From: a virus
IMG/VR virus record: IMGVR_UViG_3300042556_001053
Coordinates: 1 to 64,000 of that record
Reading direction: 5' to 3' (one strand)
Length of the DNA: 64,000 nucleotides
Part shown: positions 49,229 to 58,519 of the stretch, piece after piece
How the letters are laid out: each line of letters opens with the position of its first letter
Numbering within the stretch: position 1 is the first letter of the stretch
Position numbers and translations under genes: made by a program
The notes under the pieces: generated by a model
What the model saw: only the letters and a program-made list of their open reading frames with translations
Databases searched by the model: none
Told to the model about the DNA's origin: nothing

Positions 49229-52200
49229 CTATGCTGAAAGATCTCCAACAACAACCCAAGTGTCTGGATTTGCACGCTTAATAAGCGTTGCACTAGACCA
49301 TTGTGCTCTTAGCTTTAGTCCTGGAGTTCCGTTAATTGTAACTCCTGCGCCTGCAGTAACTGTTGTTTGTCCAGCACCTACTTGTAGGATATCAATCTGA
49401 GTTCCTACTGGGAAAGAAACTGTTGAGTTTGGCTGAACCGTAATGGTGTTTGCACCAGCAACGTTCATTTCAACCATCTTTCCTCTATCAGCAGCAACTA
49501 TTAAATAAGATGCATTTTGTGGACTTGTTGCAAGTTCAGAGAGAACGATGTTTCCTGTTCCAATTTCATCTGTAAGCATTGAAGCAAGGTTAGCAGATGA
49601 TGGAGTTGCAAGGAATGTTGCCACTCCTGATCCAAGTCCTGAGATACCAGTTGCTACTGGAAGACCAGTTGCATTTGTAAGTGTTGCAGATGCTGGTGTT
49701 CCAAGTGCTGCACCGTTAGGAATTGTTACTGTTCCAGTAAATGTAGGTGAAGCAAGAGGAGCACGTGTTGTATCGCTAGCATGTACGTGGTCTGCACGAG
49801 CATACTTTAATGATGTTCCAACTGCAGCTGTTCCATTCATTGCTGGTGTAGCTGCTGATGCCTGACCAACAACGTATGCTGTAGTTGCTACCTGAGTTGT
49901 GTTAGTGTCTGCAGCAGCTGTTGGTGAAGTAGGTGTTCCAGTTAATGCTGGAGAAGCTAAAGGAGCTTTGTTTCCAAGAGCTGTTGTTATTGTAGCTGCA
50001 TAGTTTGCGTCATCTCCAAGTGCTGCAGCAAGTTCATCAAGAGTGTTTAGCGCTGCTGGTGCTCCAGTTGTTAGAACAGCAAGTTCTTGTTGTACGAAGC
50101 TTGTTGTTGCAACTTGTGTTGTATTAGTACCAGTTGCTGCTAGTGGAGCAGTTGGAGTGCCAGTAAGTGCTGGAGAAGCAAGAGGTGCCTTATTATTTAA
50201 CTGTGTCTGAATTGCTGAAGTAACTCCATCAAGGTATCCTGCTTCTGTTTCAGATATTGTTGAAGATATTGCAAGCTTTGTCCAGTCAATTGCTGCTGAT
50301 GCGTTAATGTCAGCATTTACAATTGTACCGTCAAGAATCTTAGCTGATGTAACTGCACCATCTGCCAAGTCACCAGCAACGATAGTTCCATCAAGAATCA
50401 TTCCAGATGTGACAGTTCCTGTTGGAAGAGTAACTGTTCCTGTAAATGTTGGTGAAGCAAGTGAAGCCTTAAGATCAAGAGCTGTTTGGGTTGCTGTTGA
50501 TACTGGCTTATTAGCATCTGATGTATTATCTACAGATCCCAATCCTACCATTGACTTAGTGATACCTGAAACAGTACCTGTGAATGTTGGGTTTGCTAGT
50601 GGAGCCTTAAGATCCAAAGCTACCTGTGTATCATCAGAGATTGGCTTGTCAGCGTCTGATGTATTATCAACGTTACCCAAGCCTACCATTGACTTTGTTA
50701 CACCAGCTACTGTACCTGTAAAGGTTGGTGAATCAATTGGTGCATATGTATCTTCTGCATCTAAAATATCAAGCTTTAGGTTTAGCTCTTCTTGAGTAGC
50801 ACTTGAAACTGGCTTATTAATATCTGATGTATTATCAACATTTGCAAGTCCAACCATGCTCTTTGTTATACCTGCCACTGTTCCAGTAAATGTAGGAGAA
50901 GCAATTGGTGCATAAGTTGTAGCAGCAGTTGATGAGTTAAGCTTAGCATCTAAAGCAGTTTGAGTTAGTGTAGATATTGGCTTGTTAGCATCTGAAGTAT
51001 TGTCAACCTGTGATAATCCAACCATTCCCTTTGTAATACCAGAAACTGTTCCAGTAAATGTAGGTGAAGCTAGAGGAGCCTTAAGATCAAGAGCATTTTG
51101 AGTAGCTGTAGATATTGCCTTATCAGCATCGCTTGTATTTGCAACGTTTCCAAGTCCTACCATTGCCTTTGTTATACCAGCAACTGTTCCTGTGAAAGTT
51201 GGAGAATCAAGTGGTGCCTTAAGATCTAAAGCAGTTTGTGCAGCAGTTGAAATTATCTTATCTAAATCTGATGTATTATCTACAGATCCTAGACCAACCA
51301 TGGCTTTTGTTACACCAGAGACTGTCCCTGTGAAGGTTGGGTTTGCTAGTGGTGCCTTTAAGTCTAATGCAGCTTGTGTTGCAGTTGATGTTGGCTTGTT
51401 AGCATCTGTTGTGTTGTCAACATTGCCTAGTCCAACCATAGCTTTGGTTATACCAGACACTGTGCCTGTAAAGGTTGGTGCTGATAGTGGGGCATAGGTA
51501 TTGCTTGCTAATGTTGCTCCAAGCTTTGAATCAAGCTGACTCTGAACTGGTGCTGTTACACCATTAAGATACTGAAGCTCTGTGTTTGAAACGTCTCCAA
51601 TTGTTGCAGAAGATGCTGTAAATCCAGCTACCGCTAAATCGTCTAGTGAGCCTTGTGTAAAGTCTACTGTTGTTGTTGGCTCTGTTGTAACACCCTTGAA
51701 CAACTTCCACTTAGCATCAGATACGTCTCTTACAAGACCTGAGTGCTTTGCTGAACCATCGTTGTATCCAACTACAAGACCAAGGTCAACTGTATTTGCT
51801 GCATTTTGATGAGCAAGCTGAACCATGTTATCTTCAATTGTTATAGATGTTGCTGATGCTGCAAAATTGGTTCCGTTAACTGTAAGGTCTCCCTCTACAG
51901 TAACATTTCCAGTTGCTATGAGGTCAGGTACTGTTACTTCTCCTGTAAATGTAGGTGAAGCCAAAGGAGACTTTAGGTCAAGTGCTGACTGAGTAGCTGT
52001 TGAAATTGGCTTATCAGCATCTGAAGTATTTTGTGCATTACCAAGTCCTACCATTGCCTTCGTTACACCTGAGACTGTGCCTGTAAATGTAGGTGAAGCA
52101 ATAGGTGCCTTAAGGTCTAAAGCAGCTTGTGTTGCAGTTGAAATCATCTTATCAGAATCTGATGTGTTATCTACAGAACCTAGACCAACCATAGACTTGG

Positions 52201-53230
52201 TTATACCAGAAACTGTTCCTGTAAAGGTTGGGTCTGCTAAAGGAGCTTTTAGATCAAGCTCTGTTTGTGTAGCATCTGAAATTGGCTTGTTAGCGTCTGA
52301 TGTATTATCTACGTTTTCTAGCCCTACCATTGACTTAGTAATACCTGATACAGTACCTGTGAATGTTGGTGCATCTAGTCTTGCAATAGTTGAGTTAACA
52401 GCAAACTGCTCATTATCTATGTCCCACTCTAATCCATCTCCCGCAAGGAGTGGATAATCTCCTGTTGAGTTTGCAATTTGATCATTAACATAGTCTTGTG
52501 TAGCAAGATCTTGTGTATCTGCAATACCGTGTACGTTTGTTGTTTCATCATTGTGTGTTGATACCGCAGAATCTGCGTAAGATTTTGTTGCTACTGTTGA
52601 ATCAATATCAAGGGTAATTGTGTTGGCTATATCGTCATAAGCTTTATCAAGTCCTACTCCAGCTACAATTGCTGTATTTACGGCATCCTGTGCTAGTTCT
52701 GTAATTGCAGATGCATCTGCCTTAAGATTAAGAGCTGTCTGTGTAGCGGTTGAGATAGGCTTGTTAGCGTCTGAAGTATTGTCTACGTTTCCAAGACCAA
52801 CATCTCCCTTTACTATTCCTGATGGAGAAGTAATAGTTTTGTTAGTTAAAGTTTGTGTACCAGTTGTTGTAACAAGAATGCTTGTATCTGCAATACCGTG
52901 AATATTTGTTGTATCTGATTGGTGGTTTGAAAGGTTTGTGGCAATTGTAGTAAAAAATTCGGGATCATCATTAATAGCAGCTGCTAACTCATTAAGGGTA
53001 TTAAGTGCACCAGGGGCACCGTCAATAAGCGCTGTAATTTCTGCAAGAGCACCTTCTCCATCTATGAAGTAGTTGAGGTTAACCCAATGATTAACTCCAT
53101 CACCAATCTTAAACTTATTAGTGTCTAGTTCATATCCAATTTCTCCAGCATTTAGGACTGGTCCTTGGCCTGAGTTAGTAGAAATCCATTGTGCAGCGGT
53201 TCCTTTACGCTGTTGCATTCTTGTTGCCAT
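49229..53230 (-). CDS. Long fibre protein: Mtd-like N-terminal domain plus 11 phage-tail repeats
   Basis: RMQQRKGTAAQW..GEIGYELDTNKFKIGDG; about 46-aa repeats APLASPTFTGTVSGITKSMVGLGNVDNTSDANKPISTATQ; APAALNTLDELAAAL. Confidence 0.88.
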   Translation of the reverse strand: MATRMQQRKGTAAQWISTNSGQGPVLNAGEIGYELDTNKFKIGDGVNHWVNLNYFIDGEGALAEITALIDGAPGALNTLNELAAAINDDPEFFTTIATNLSNHQSDTTNIHGIADTSILVTTTGTQTLTNKTITSPSGIVKGDVGLGNVDNTSDANKPISTATQTALNLKADASAITELAQDAVNTAIVAGVGLDKAYDDIANTITLDIDSTVATKSYADSAVSTHNDETTNVHGIADTQDLATQDYVNDQIANSTGDYPLLAGDGLEWDIDNEQFAVNSTIARLDAPTFTGTVSGITKSMVGLENVDNTSDANKPISDATQTELDLKAPLADPTFTGTVSGITKSMVGLGSVDNTSDSDKMISTATQAALDLKAPIASPTFTGTVSGVTKAMVGLGNAQNTSDADKPISTATQSALDLKSPLASPTFTGEVTVPDLIATGNVTVEGDLTVNGTNFAASATSITIEDNMVQLAHQNAANTVDLGLVVGYNDGSAKHSGLVRDVSDAKWKLFKGVTTEPTTTVDFTQGSLDDLAVAGFTASSATIGDVSNTELQYLNGVTAPVQSQLDSKLGATLASNTYAPLSAPTFTGTVSGITKAMVGLGNVDNTTDANKPTSTATQAALDLKAPLANPTFTGTVSGVTKAMVGLGSVDNTSDLDKIISTAAQTALDLKAPLDSPTFTGTVAGITKAMVGLGNVANTSDADKAISTATQNALDLKAPLASPTFTGTVSGITKGMVGLSQVDNTSDANKPISTLTQTALDAKLNSSTAATTYAPIASPTFTGTVAGITKSMVGLANVDNTSDINKPVSSATQEELNLKLDILDAEDTYAPIDSPTFTGTVAGVTKSMVGLGNVDNTSDADKPISDDTQVALDLKAPLANPTFTGTVSGITKSMVGLGSVDNTSDANKPVSTATQTALDLKASLASPTFTGTVTLPTGTVTSGMILDGTIVAGDLADGAVTSAKILDGTIVNADINASAAIDWTKLAISSTISETEAGYLDGVTSAIQTQLNNKAPLASPALTGTPTAPLAATGTNTTQVATTSFVQQELAVLTTGAPAALNTLDELAAALGDDANYAATITTALGNKAPLASPALTGTPTSPTAAADTNTTQVATTAYVVGQASAATPAMNGTAAVGTSLKYARADHVHASDTTRAPLASPTFTGTVTIPNGAALGTPASATLTNATGLPVATGISGLGSGVATFLATPSSANLASMLTDEIGTGNIVLSELATSPQNASYLIVAADRGKMVEMNVAGANTITVQPNSTVSFPVGTQIDILQVGAGQTTVTAGAGVTINGTPGLKLRAQWSSATLIKRANPDTWVVVGDLSA

Positions 53231-53261
53231 TTATTGCTCTCCCTTGGTGGTATGTAATAGT

Positions 53262-53270
53262 ATTATAACA
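53262..53270 (-). promoter_or_regulatory. Extended -10 promoter TGTTATAAT
   Basis: Gap upstream of fibre gene. Confidence 0.7.
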
Positions 53271-53275
53271 GATAA

Positions 53276-53734
53276 TTAGTTAAAGTTATCTGTTGCCGTT
53301 CCTCCATCCCAGGTGTATTCCCAGGATGTTGTGTTATAGCTTCCTGCACTTACTAAAACTCCTGGCTCATCATAAGATCCGCCAGAAATAAAAGTACTAA
53401 CAATTAATCCATTTCCATCAATTGAAGTGTCATGGATGTGATCTTGAAGAACTTCTGCATCTTCAAGAGTTGCAATTGCTAACCATTGACCGTCATAATA
53501 GACATGAACTCTTTGTGTTACATTGTCAAACCACAAATTACCATTTAAAGGAGATTGTGGAGGAGTATCTGAAACTGGAATAGATGGTGCTCCAGCTAGG
53601 TTATCAACATATTGCTTTGTTACCGCATGGCTTGGGCTTGTTGGTGTTCCTACAGTTACTGTTCCACCAAAGGATCCACCAAGGCCAACGATTAGCCCAT
53701 TTTTGACTTTAAAATCTTTGCTATTCGTTGACAC
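53276..53734 (-). CDS. Virion fibre-associated protein
   Basis: KDFKVKNGL, HAVTKQYVD, PP..P..G.LWFD..VYYDGQW fibre motifs. Confidence 0.7.
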   Translation of the reverse strand: MSTNSKDFKVKNGLIVGLGGSFGGTVTVGTPTSPSHAVTKQYVDNLAGAPSIPVSDTPPQSPLNGNLWFDNVTQRVHVYYDGQWLAIATLEDAEVLQDHIHDTSIDGNGLIVSTFISGGSYDEPGVLVSAGSYNTTSWEYTWDGGTATDNFN

Positions 53735-53754
53735 TTGGTTTCTCCTCTGTTAGA

Positions 53755-55434
53755 TTAAGCTACTAGTGTTCCTACAACAGTAACTGTTGAATCATTGTAC
53801 TCTGTGTCTACTAACAGCTGTACATTGCTTCCTGATACTGTTGCAGAGATTGCTGATAGTGAACCGTTAGTTCCTACAATGCCGTACTCTGTGACTGAAA
53901 TATTATCTGAAGAATCAAGTGTTAGAAGAACCTTTGAAATTTCAGTGTGTGTTGAGTAAGCAACCTTTACAAGGTATTCTGCTGAACGATATTCAGCCTT
54001 TGCAAAAGCGTGTGCTATCTGAACTCCTGCTGTTGGTGCTGATAGAGTTGCTGCAACCTGCTTAGCAACTGAGTTTAACTCAACTGCTGTAAAGTTTGGA
54101 ACAACTGCTTCAAGAGCATCTACTGCACGAGTGTTTGTGAAGTAAAGGTTTGTTGTACCTTCATCAAGATCATCAGTATCAGAATCTGCTACACCGTTTT
54201 CTGCGGTGATAGTAAGTCCTTCACCTGTTCCTGTAATTGTAATATTTGTAAGTGAAGCACCAGTCAAAAGTGATGCTGCTGAAGACTTAGCACGAGCATC
54301 TGTGAAGTACTGTGCTGAACCTTCTGCAATATCATCTGTGTCAAGTGCGTCTGCGTGATCAATTGCTGCTTGCTGTGCAAGACCAATTTCTGTGCCTGTC
54401 TTATATGCTGACCAAACCTCTGTTGAAGAAGATGATGCATCATTGATCAAGTCATCTGCGTAGTCCTTAGCGTCTTGCTCTGCTGTGTCAGCATATGACT
54501 GGTAAGCAGTTGTAATTGCTGTCTCACGGCCATCTGTGTAAGAGTTTGCTGATGTTACTGCATCTGATTCTGCTGCATCTACATACTGCTTAGTTGCTGC
54601 TCCAAGGTTTGCTGATGGATCTGCTGAAAGGACAAGAAGTCCAGTCATTGTATCGCCAGACTTAGCTACCTTTTCACCAATTGATGTTCCAATTGTTGAA
54701 GCAAACGAAGCATCATCATTTATTGCTGCTGCAAGTTCGTTAAGTGTATCAAGAAGTTCTGGAGCACCATTTACAAGGTCTGACACCTTTTGATCAGCAT
54801 AAGCTTTAGCATCTACCTCTGCTTGATCTGCGTATGCCTCGTAAGCAGTTGTGATTGCTGTCTCACGAGTATCTGTGTAAGCCTTAGCGTCTACTTCTGC
54901 CTGATCAGCGTATGCTTCGTAAGCAGTTGTAATTGCACCTTCACGGGTGTCTGTGTATGCCTTGGCATCTACTTCTGCTTGATCTGCATATGCTTCGTAA
55001 GCATTTGTGATTGCTGTTTCTCTGCCATCAGTGTAATCATTTGCTGCTTCTTCAGCTGCTGCTGCTGCACCAATTGTATCCCAAAGACCAGTGTTAGCAG
55101 TTACTGCACGTTGATTTGTAAAGTAAAGGTTTGTACCTTCTGCAAGATCGCCTGTGTCGTGGTTTGAAATGTCTGATACTGTACCAGTTACGTTACCTGT
55201 TACGTTACCGCTTAGATTTGCTGTAATTGTTCCTGCAGCAAAGTTTCCTGAACCGTCACGCTTTACAACTGTGTCCGCTGTATTAGCAGATGTGGCTGTT
55301 CCGCCAATAAGACTAACAATGTAGTCTTGGTCTGCTTGCTTCTTTGTAAGAACATCAAATCCGCCAACGGTAGCTGTTGCACCATCAACGACAAGACCAT
55401 TCTTTACTTTAAAGTTTTTATTTACTGTTGCCAT
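53755..55434 (-). CDS. Virion fibre protein with 26-aa repeats
   Basis: YTDTREGAITTAYEAYADQAEVDAKA-type repeats, TDDLDEGTTNLYFT, APELLDTLNELAAA. Confidence 0.78.
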   Translation of the reverse strand: MATVNKNFKVKNGLVVDGATATVGGFDVLTKKQADQDYIVSLIGGTATSANTADTVVKRDGSGNFAAGTITANLSGNVTGNVTGTVSDISNHDTGDLAEGTNLYFTNQRAVTANTGLWDTIGAAAAAEEAANDYTDGRETAITNAYEAYADQAEVDAKAYTDTREGAITTAYEAYADQAEVDAKAYTDTRETAITTAYEAYADQAEVDAKAYADQKVSDLVNGAPELLDTLNELAAAINDDASFASTIGTSIGEKVAKSGDTMTGLLVLSADPSANLGAATKQYVDAAESDAVTSANSYTDGRETAITTAYQSYADTAEQDAKDYADDLINDASSSSTEVWSAYKTGTEIGLAQQAAIDHADALDTDDIAEGSAQYFTDARAKSSAASLLTGASLTNITITGTGEGLTITAENGVADSDTDDLDEGTTNLYFTNTRAVDALEAVVPNFTAVELNSVAKQVAATLSAPTAGVQIAHAFAKAEYRSAEYLVKVAYSTHTEISKVLLTLDSSDNISVTEYGIVGTNGSLSAISATVSGSNVQLLVDTEYNDSTVTVVGTLVA

Positions 55435-55452
55435 TTTTTATCTCCTTGTTGG

Positions 55453-55899
55453 TTATGCCTTTAAACCCATACGAGCAAATCGTACGGTTATAGGCGTAAT
55501 ACCCACTGCTGGCGTTACAGAAAGATTTACTGTATTCGCCACCCTAGAGACGCTAATGGTGCCAATATTCCCATCATTGTCTATTGTTCCATATTCGCTG
55601 ACTGATACATCTGTACCGTCAACCAAAATTGTCATTTCTGTTGCGTAGAACTTATTATCTCCAGCAGTTGTCTTTTTGATGGAGATTATGTATTTGACCA
55701 TGCGCCATGCAGTAGCATCAAAATTATCAATTACCGTTGCTGATTCAATACCGTTAACAGTATTTTCATTATTACCTGCAGAACCTAAGTCTGTTGATTG
55801 AGCAGCCGTAGTATCAATTAGGTTTTCATAATCTGTCTGTGTAGGACGATCACCTGTTTGAAATGTTGACTTTATTGTGCTTATTGGGAGCTTAGCCAT
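55453..55899 (-). CDS. Virion structural protein
   Basis: FQTGDRPTQTDYENLID; C-terminal domain resembles the C-terminus of 53755..55434. Confidence 0.7.
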   Translation of the reverse strand: MAKLPISTIKSTFQTGDRPTQTDYENLIDTTAAQSTDLGSAGNNENTVNGIESATVIDNFDATAWRMVKYIISIKKTTAGDNKFYATEMTILVDGTDVSVSEYGTIDNDGNIGTISVSRVANTVNLSVTPAVGITPITVRFARMGLKA

Positions 55900-55905
55900 G
55901 TCCTA

Positions 55906-55914
55906 ATTATAGCA
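55906..55914 (-). promoter_or_regulatory. Extended -10 promoter TGCTATAAT (leaderless)
   Basis: 6 nt from ATG. Confidence 0.72.
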
Positions 55915-55922
55915 TATTTATA

Positions 55923-56147
55923 TTAAAGTATATAATTACTGTAGCCAATGATTTGAAGCGGAATTGGAGGAACAGCGCTTGCTCCGCCTGCTTCAATGCG
56001 AATTGCTGTTAGTCTAATTCTAAACGGTAGTGTAGAGTTTATAACTACATTTTTGCTTGGAGCGCTAATGCTTGTTCTAATTGCAAAATCTTGTTCAATT
56101 CTTTTTGTAAATACTGGCCTGTCTTCATAAATCTTAACAGTAGCCAT
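55923..56147 (-). CDS. Small putative structural protein
   Basis: ORF coupled to upstream gene by TAATG. Confidence 0.65.
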   Translation of the reverse strand: MATVKIYEDRPVFTKRIEQDFAIRTSISAPSKNVVINSTLPFRIRLTAIRIEAGGASAVPPIPLQIIGYSNYIL

Positions 56148-56560
56148 TATGCAGTTACATCCTCAAGGACAATGAGTCTGCCTTGAGCTACCGTCCAAAC
56201 TATTGCATCTCCTCCAAGTGAAACTTCAATATCAAAAATATCATTGGTTTGAAGAGTTGCAGTTTGACTTGCTGACAGAGAAACTGTAAATTCTCCAACA
56301 AGATCGTCTGCATCTTGAATTGGTGTTAAAGTTAAAAGCAAAGTTGCTGTATCTGTTATTTCTCCAGGAACTACTGGGCTTGTAGTAGGACGCTTTATCT
56401 GCATAGAAATATTCCAGTCAGGGATAACTAAAGGTACTTTAGCGTCATCAGTTAAATAAACCTTAAATGCTGCTGTATCGCCCTTGACAAAAGTCCAATT
56501 TACGAATGGTGGTCTTTCACCAATATCATATGTAGATGCTTGTCCTCTGAATGTAGCCAT
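56147..56560 (-). CDS. Putative virion protein (BppU/Ig-like)
   Basis: VKGDTAAF..GEFTVSLSASQT..FDIEV..TVAQGRL; start at 56560. Confidence 0.65.
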   Translation of the reverse strand: MATFRGQASTYDIGERPPFVNWTFVKGDTAAFKVYLTDDAKVPLVIPDWNISMQIKRPTTSPVVPGEITDTATLLLTLTPIQDADDLVGEFTVSLSASQTATLQTNDIFDIEVSLGGDAIVWTVAQGRLIVLEDVTA

Positions 56561-56566
56561 TTTTAT

Positions 56567-56575
56567 ATTATACCA
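56567..56575 (-). promoter_or_regulatory. Extended -10 promoter TGGTATAAT (leaderless)
   Basis: 6 nt from ATG at 56560. Confidence 0.72.
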
Positions 56576-56621
56576 CGATGAAAACAACAAATAAAATAAT
56601 TTAAAAAAATATTACAAAAGG

Positions 56622-56651
56622 TTGCCTTTTGGGTCAATTTCATGTTATACT
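56622..56651 (+). promoter_or_regulatory. Promoter TTGCCT-18-TATACT with TG extension
   Basis: Divergent promoter for the transglycosylase; A-rich tract upstream. Confidence 0.7.
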
Positions 56652-56702
56652 TAGATAGTGCTACCAACAGGTAGCATCTTTAGTCTCTAGGAGGTTATTA
56701 TT

Positions 56703-57275
56703 ATGAGAAGAGATAAAAAGATTTGGATTGGAATCCTTGCTGCACTTGGGCTTATTGCACCACTAAGTAATGCAGCTAATGCTTTAAGTACTGAAAATAA
56801 CTTGAGTAAACCAGCCATTGCTGAACCTTCAACCGCCAAGGCGGTTTTTTTGGTTTCTAAGCCTAAAAGTCTGGTAGCAGTAAAAAAGAACCTAAATGTT
56901 CTACATAAGTATCAGGATGCTGTTAGTCTTACAGACCGTCAGTTAAAGGAGCTTTTGCATGCCGTTGGTTTTCGTGGCCAAGGCCTAGTAAAGGCTTGGG
57001 CGGTAGCTAAGAAAGAGTCTAATGGCCGTCCACTAGCTTTTAATGGCAATGTTAAGACTGGTGACAACTCTTACGGTATATTTCAAATCAATATGCTTGG
57101 AATGCTAAAAGAAGGTCGTCAAGATAAGTTTGGCCTAAACTTTAATAGTGAGCTCTTAAACCCTGTTATCAATGCACAGGTTGCATATCACATGAGTAAT
57201 GGTGGAAAGAACTGGTCTGCTTGGAAAGGCATGACTCCAAGAACCAAGTCCTGGATGGCTAAGTTCCCTTACTAA
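56703..57275 (+). CDS. Secreted lysozyme-like lytic transglycosylase (SLT/Rpf-like)
   Basis: Signal peptide (..APLSNAANA); AKKES catalytic Glu, SYGIFQIN, WSAW; GGAGG SD. Confidence 0.85.
   Translation: MRRDKKIWIGILAALGLIAPLSNAANALSTENNLSKPAIAEPSTAKAVFLVSKPKSLVAVKKNLNVLHKYQDAVSLTDRQLKELLHAVGFRGQGLVKAWAVAKKESNGRPLAFNGNVKTGDNSYGIFQINMLGMLKEGRQDKFGLNFNSELLNPVINAQVAYHMSNGGKNWSAWKGMTPRTKSWMAKFPY
56831..56851 (+). terminator. Intrinsic-terminator-like hairpin inside the transglycosylase ORF
   Basis: AACCGC-CAAG-GCGG followed by TTTTTTT. Confidence 0.6.
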
Positions 57276-57850
57276 AAAGGCAAATTTTTATTAAGAACTG
57301 TTGGGTGCTCATCATTACCTCTCATAAATATTGTTGAGAAGTATCTAGGCGAATCATCTAAAACTGGAAGAGATCCATGCATAACTTCTCCTCCATGAAG
57401 TAGGGCTGAGCCAGCTTTTGGTTTAATAGTTATTCCTAATTCTGGGTAGTCAAGCTCTCCACCAAGATAGTTATCATTATAATATATTACAAGGCCATAG
57501 CCTAAATAATATCCTTCAGGGGTTGTATCATTATCACGATGTTGCTTTATTTGATCGCCTTTTTTAAACCTAGAAATCTTTAATTCTTGTTCACAAAAAA
57601 AATATGATGGGAATATGTAGTCAACCTTATCAAAAACCAAGCTTCTACACAAATCTTTATGATCATAAAGGAACAAACTTTTATCGTGCCATAAACTATA
57701 TTCATCTGAAATTTCATTAAGATCAGTCCAGCCATCTTGTTTTTTATCAGAAAGTATATTTAAAATTAAAGACAGTTCTTCTTGATTTAAAAAGTTTTCA
57801 ATTTCATAAACATCCTCTGCAAGTTTGTTAATTTTAAAATTGTATTTCAT
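57272..57850 (-). CDS. 2OG-Fe(II) oxygenase (P4H-like) 1
   Basis: HRD..YYNDNYLGGEL..HGSLPV..RY. Confidence 0.9.
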   Translation of the reverse strand: MKYNFKINKLAEDVYEIENFLNQEELSLILNILSDKKQDGWTDLNEISDEYSLWHDKSLFLYDHKDLCRSLVFDKVDYIFPSYFFCEQELKISRFKKGDQIKQHRDNDTTPEGYYLGYGLVIYYNDNYLGGELDYPELGITIKPKAGSALLHGGEVMHGSLPVLDDSPRYFSTIFMRGNDEHPTVLNKNLPF

Positions 57851-58519
57851 TTAACCAAACTTACTACTACCTATATGGTTCATTTCAATATGATTAATAT
57901 TAAAATGACTTGGAAGATCTGATACCCACCTAATAGACTCTGCAAGATCTTCAGCAGTCAAGGCTATTTCACGTCTTTCTGTTTGTGTATCAATAGTTCC
58001 TGGGCATATTTCAGTAACCTTAATGCCGTAAGCAGGAAACTCTAAACGCATAGTATCAACTAGTGCCATCATTCCTCTTTTAGCGTTTATATAGTTACCA
58101 CCACTACGGTATGGAACCTTTCCACCCAAGGAACTTATAAATATAATAGTTGGAGACTTAGACCTTTGCATGCATGGAACAAAAAGCTGTGAAAGGTACA
58201 TAGGTCCAGAGACATTTATTTCGTAGGCAATTCTAAAATTATCCATTGTTTCATTTATAAGCATTGTTGGACCTGATCCACCACCAGCATTATTAACTAG
58301 AAGGTCAAGTGTGATATCTTTGTATTTTTCAAAAAAAGACTTAATCTCTTCAGGATTAGTTATGTCCATCTTGTATGTTTCAACATTGTCAGATACAAGC
58401 TCATTGACCTTAGAAAGGTTTCTAGAGACAGCTATAACCTTGTAGCCACTCTCAGACAGAAGTTTTACTGTAGCATAGCCAACGCCCTTGCTAGCCCCTG
58501 TAACTATGGCTGTTTTCAT
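57851..58519 (-). CDS. Short-chain dehydrogenase/reductase (YdfG-like, probably NADP-dependent)
   Basis: TGASKGVG, NNAG, catalytic S and YINAK, PGTIDT. Confidence 0.93.
   Translation of the reverse strand: MKTAIVTGASKGVGYATVKLLSESGYKVIAVSRNLSKVNELVSDNVETYKMDITNPEEIKSFFEKYKDITLDLLVNNAGGGSGPTMLINETMDNFRIAYEINVSGPMYLSQLFVPCMQRSKSPTIIFISSLGGKVPYRSGGNYINAKRGMMALVDTMRLEFPAYGIKVTEICPGTIDTQTERREIALTAEDLAESIRWVSDLPSHFNINHIEMNHIGSSKFG

Noticed and set aside
49204-49232. CIRCE-like TTAGCACTC..AAGTGCTAT
   Set aside because: Spacer is 11 rather than 9 nt, the right arm is imperfect, and it lies at a gene 3' end rather than a heat-shock promoter
49229-53230. Diversity-generating retroelement suggested by the Mtd-like N-terminus
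   Set aside because: No reverse transcriptase or TR/VR pair seen in the window
56651-56702. c-di-AMP (ydaO) riboswitch upstream of the wall hydrolase
   Set aside because: Leader is only about 45 nt with one hairpin, too short for the aptamer
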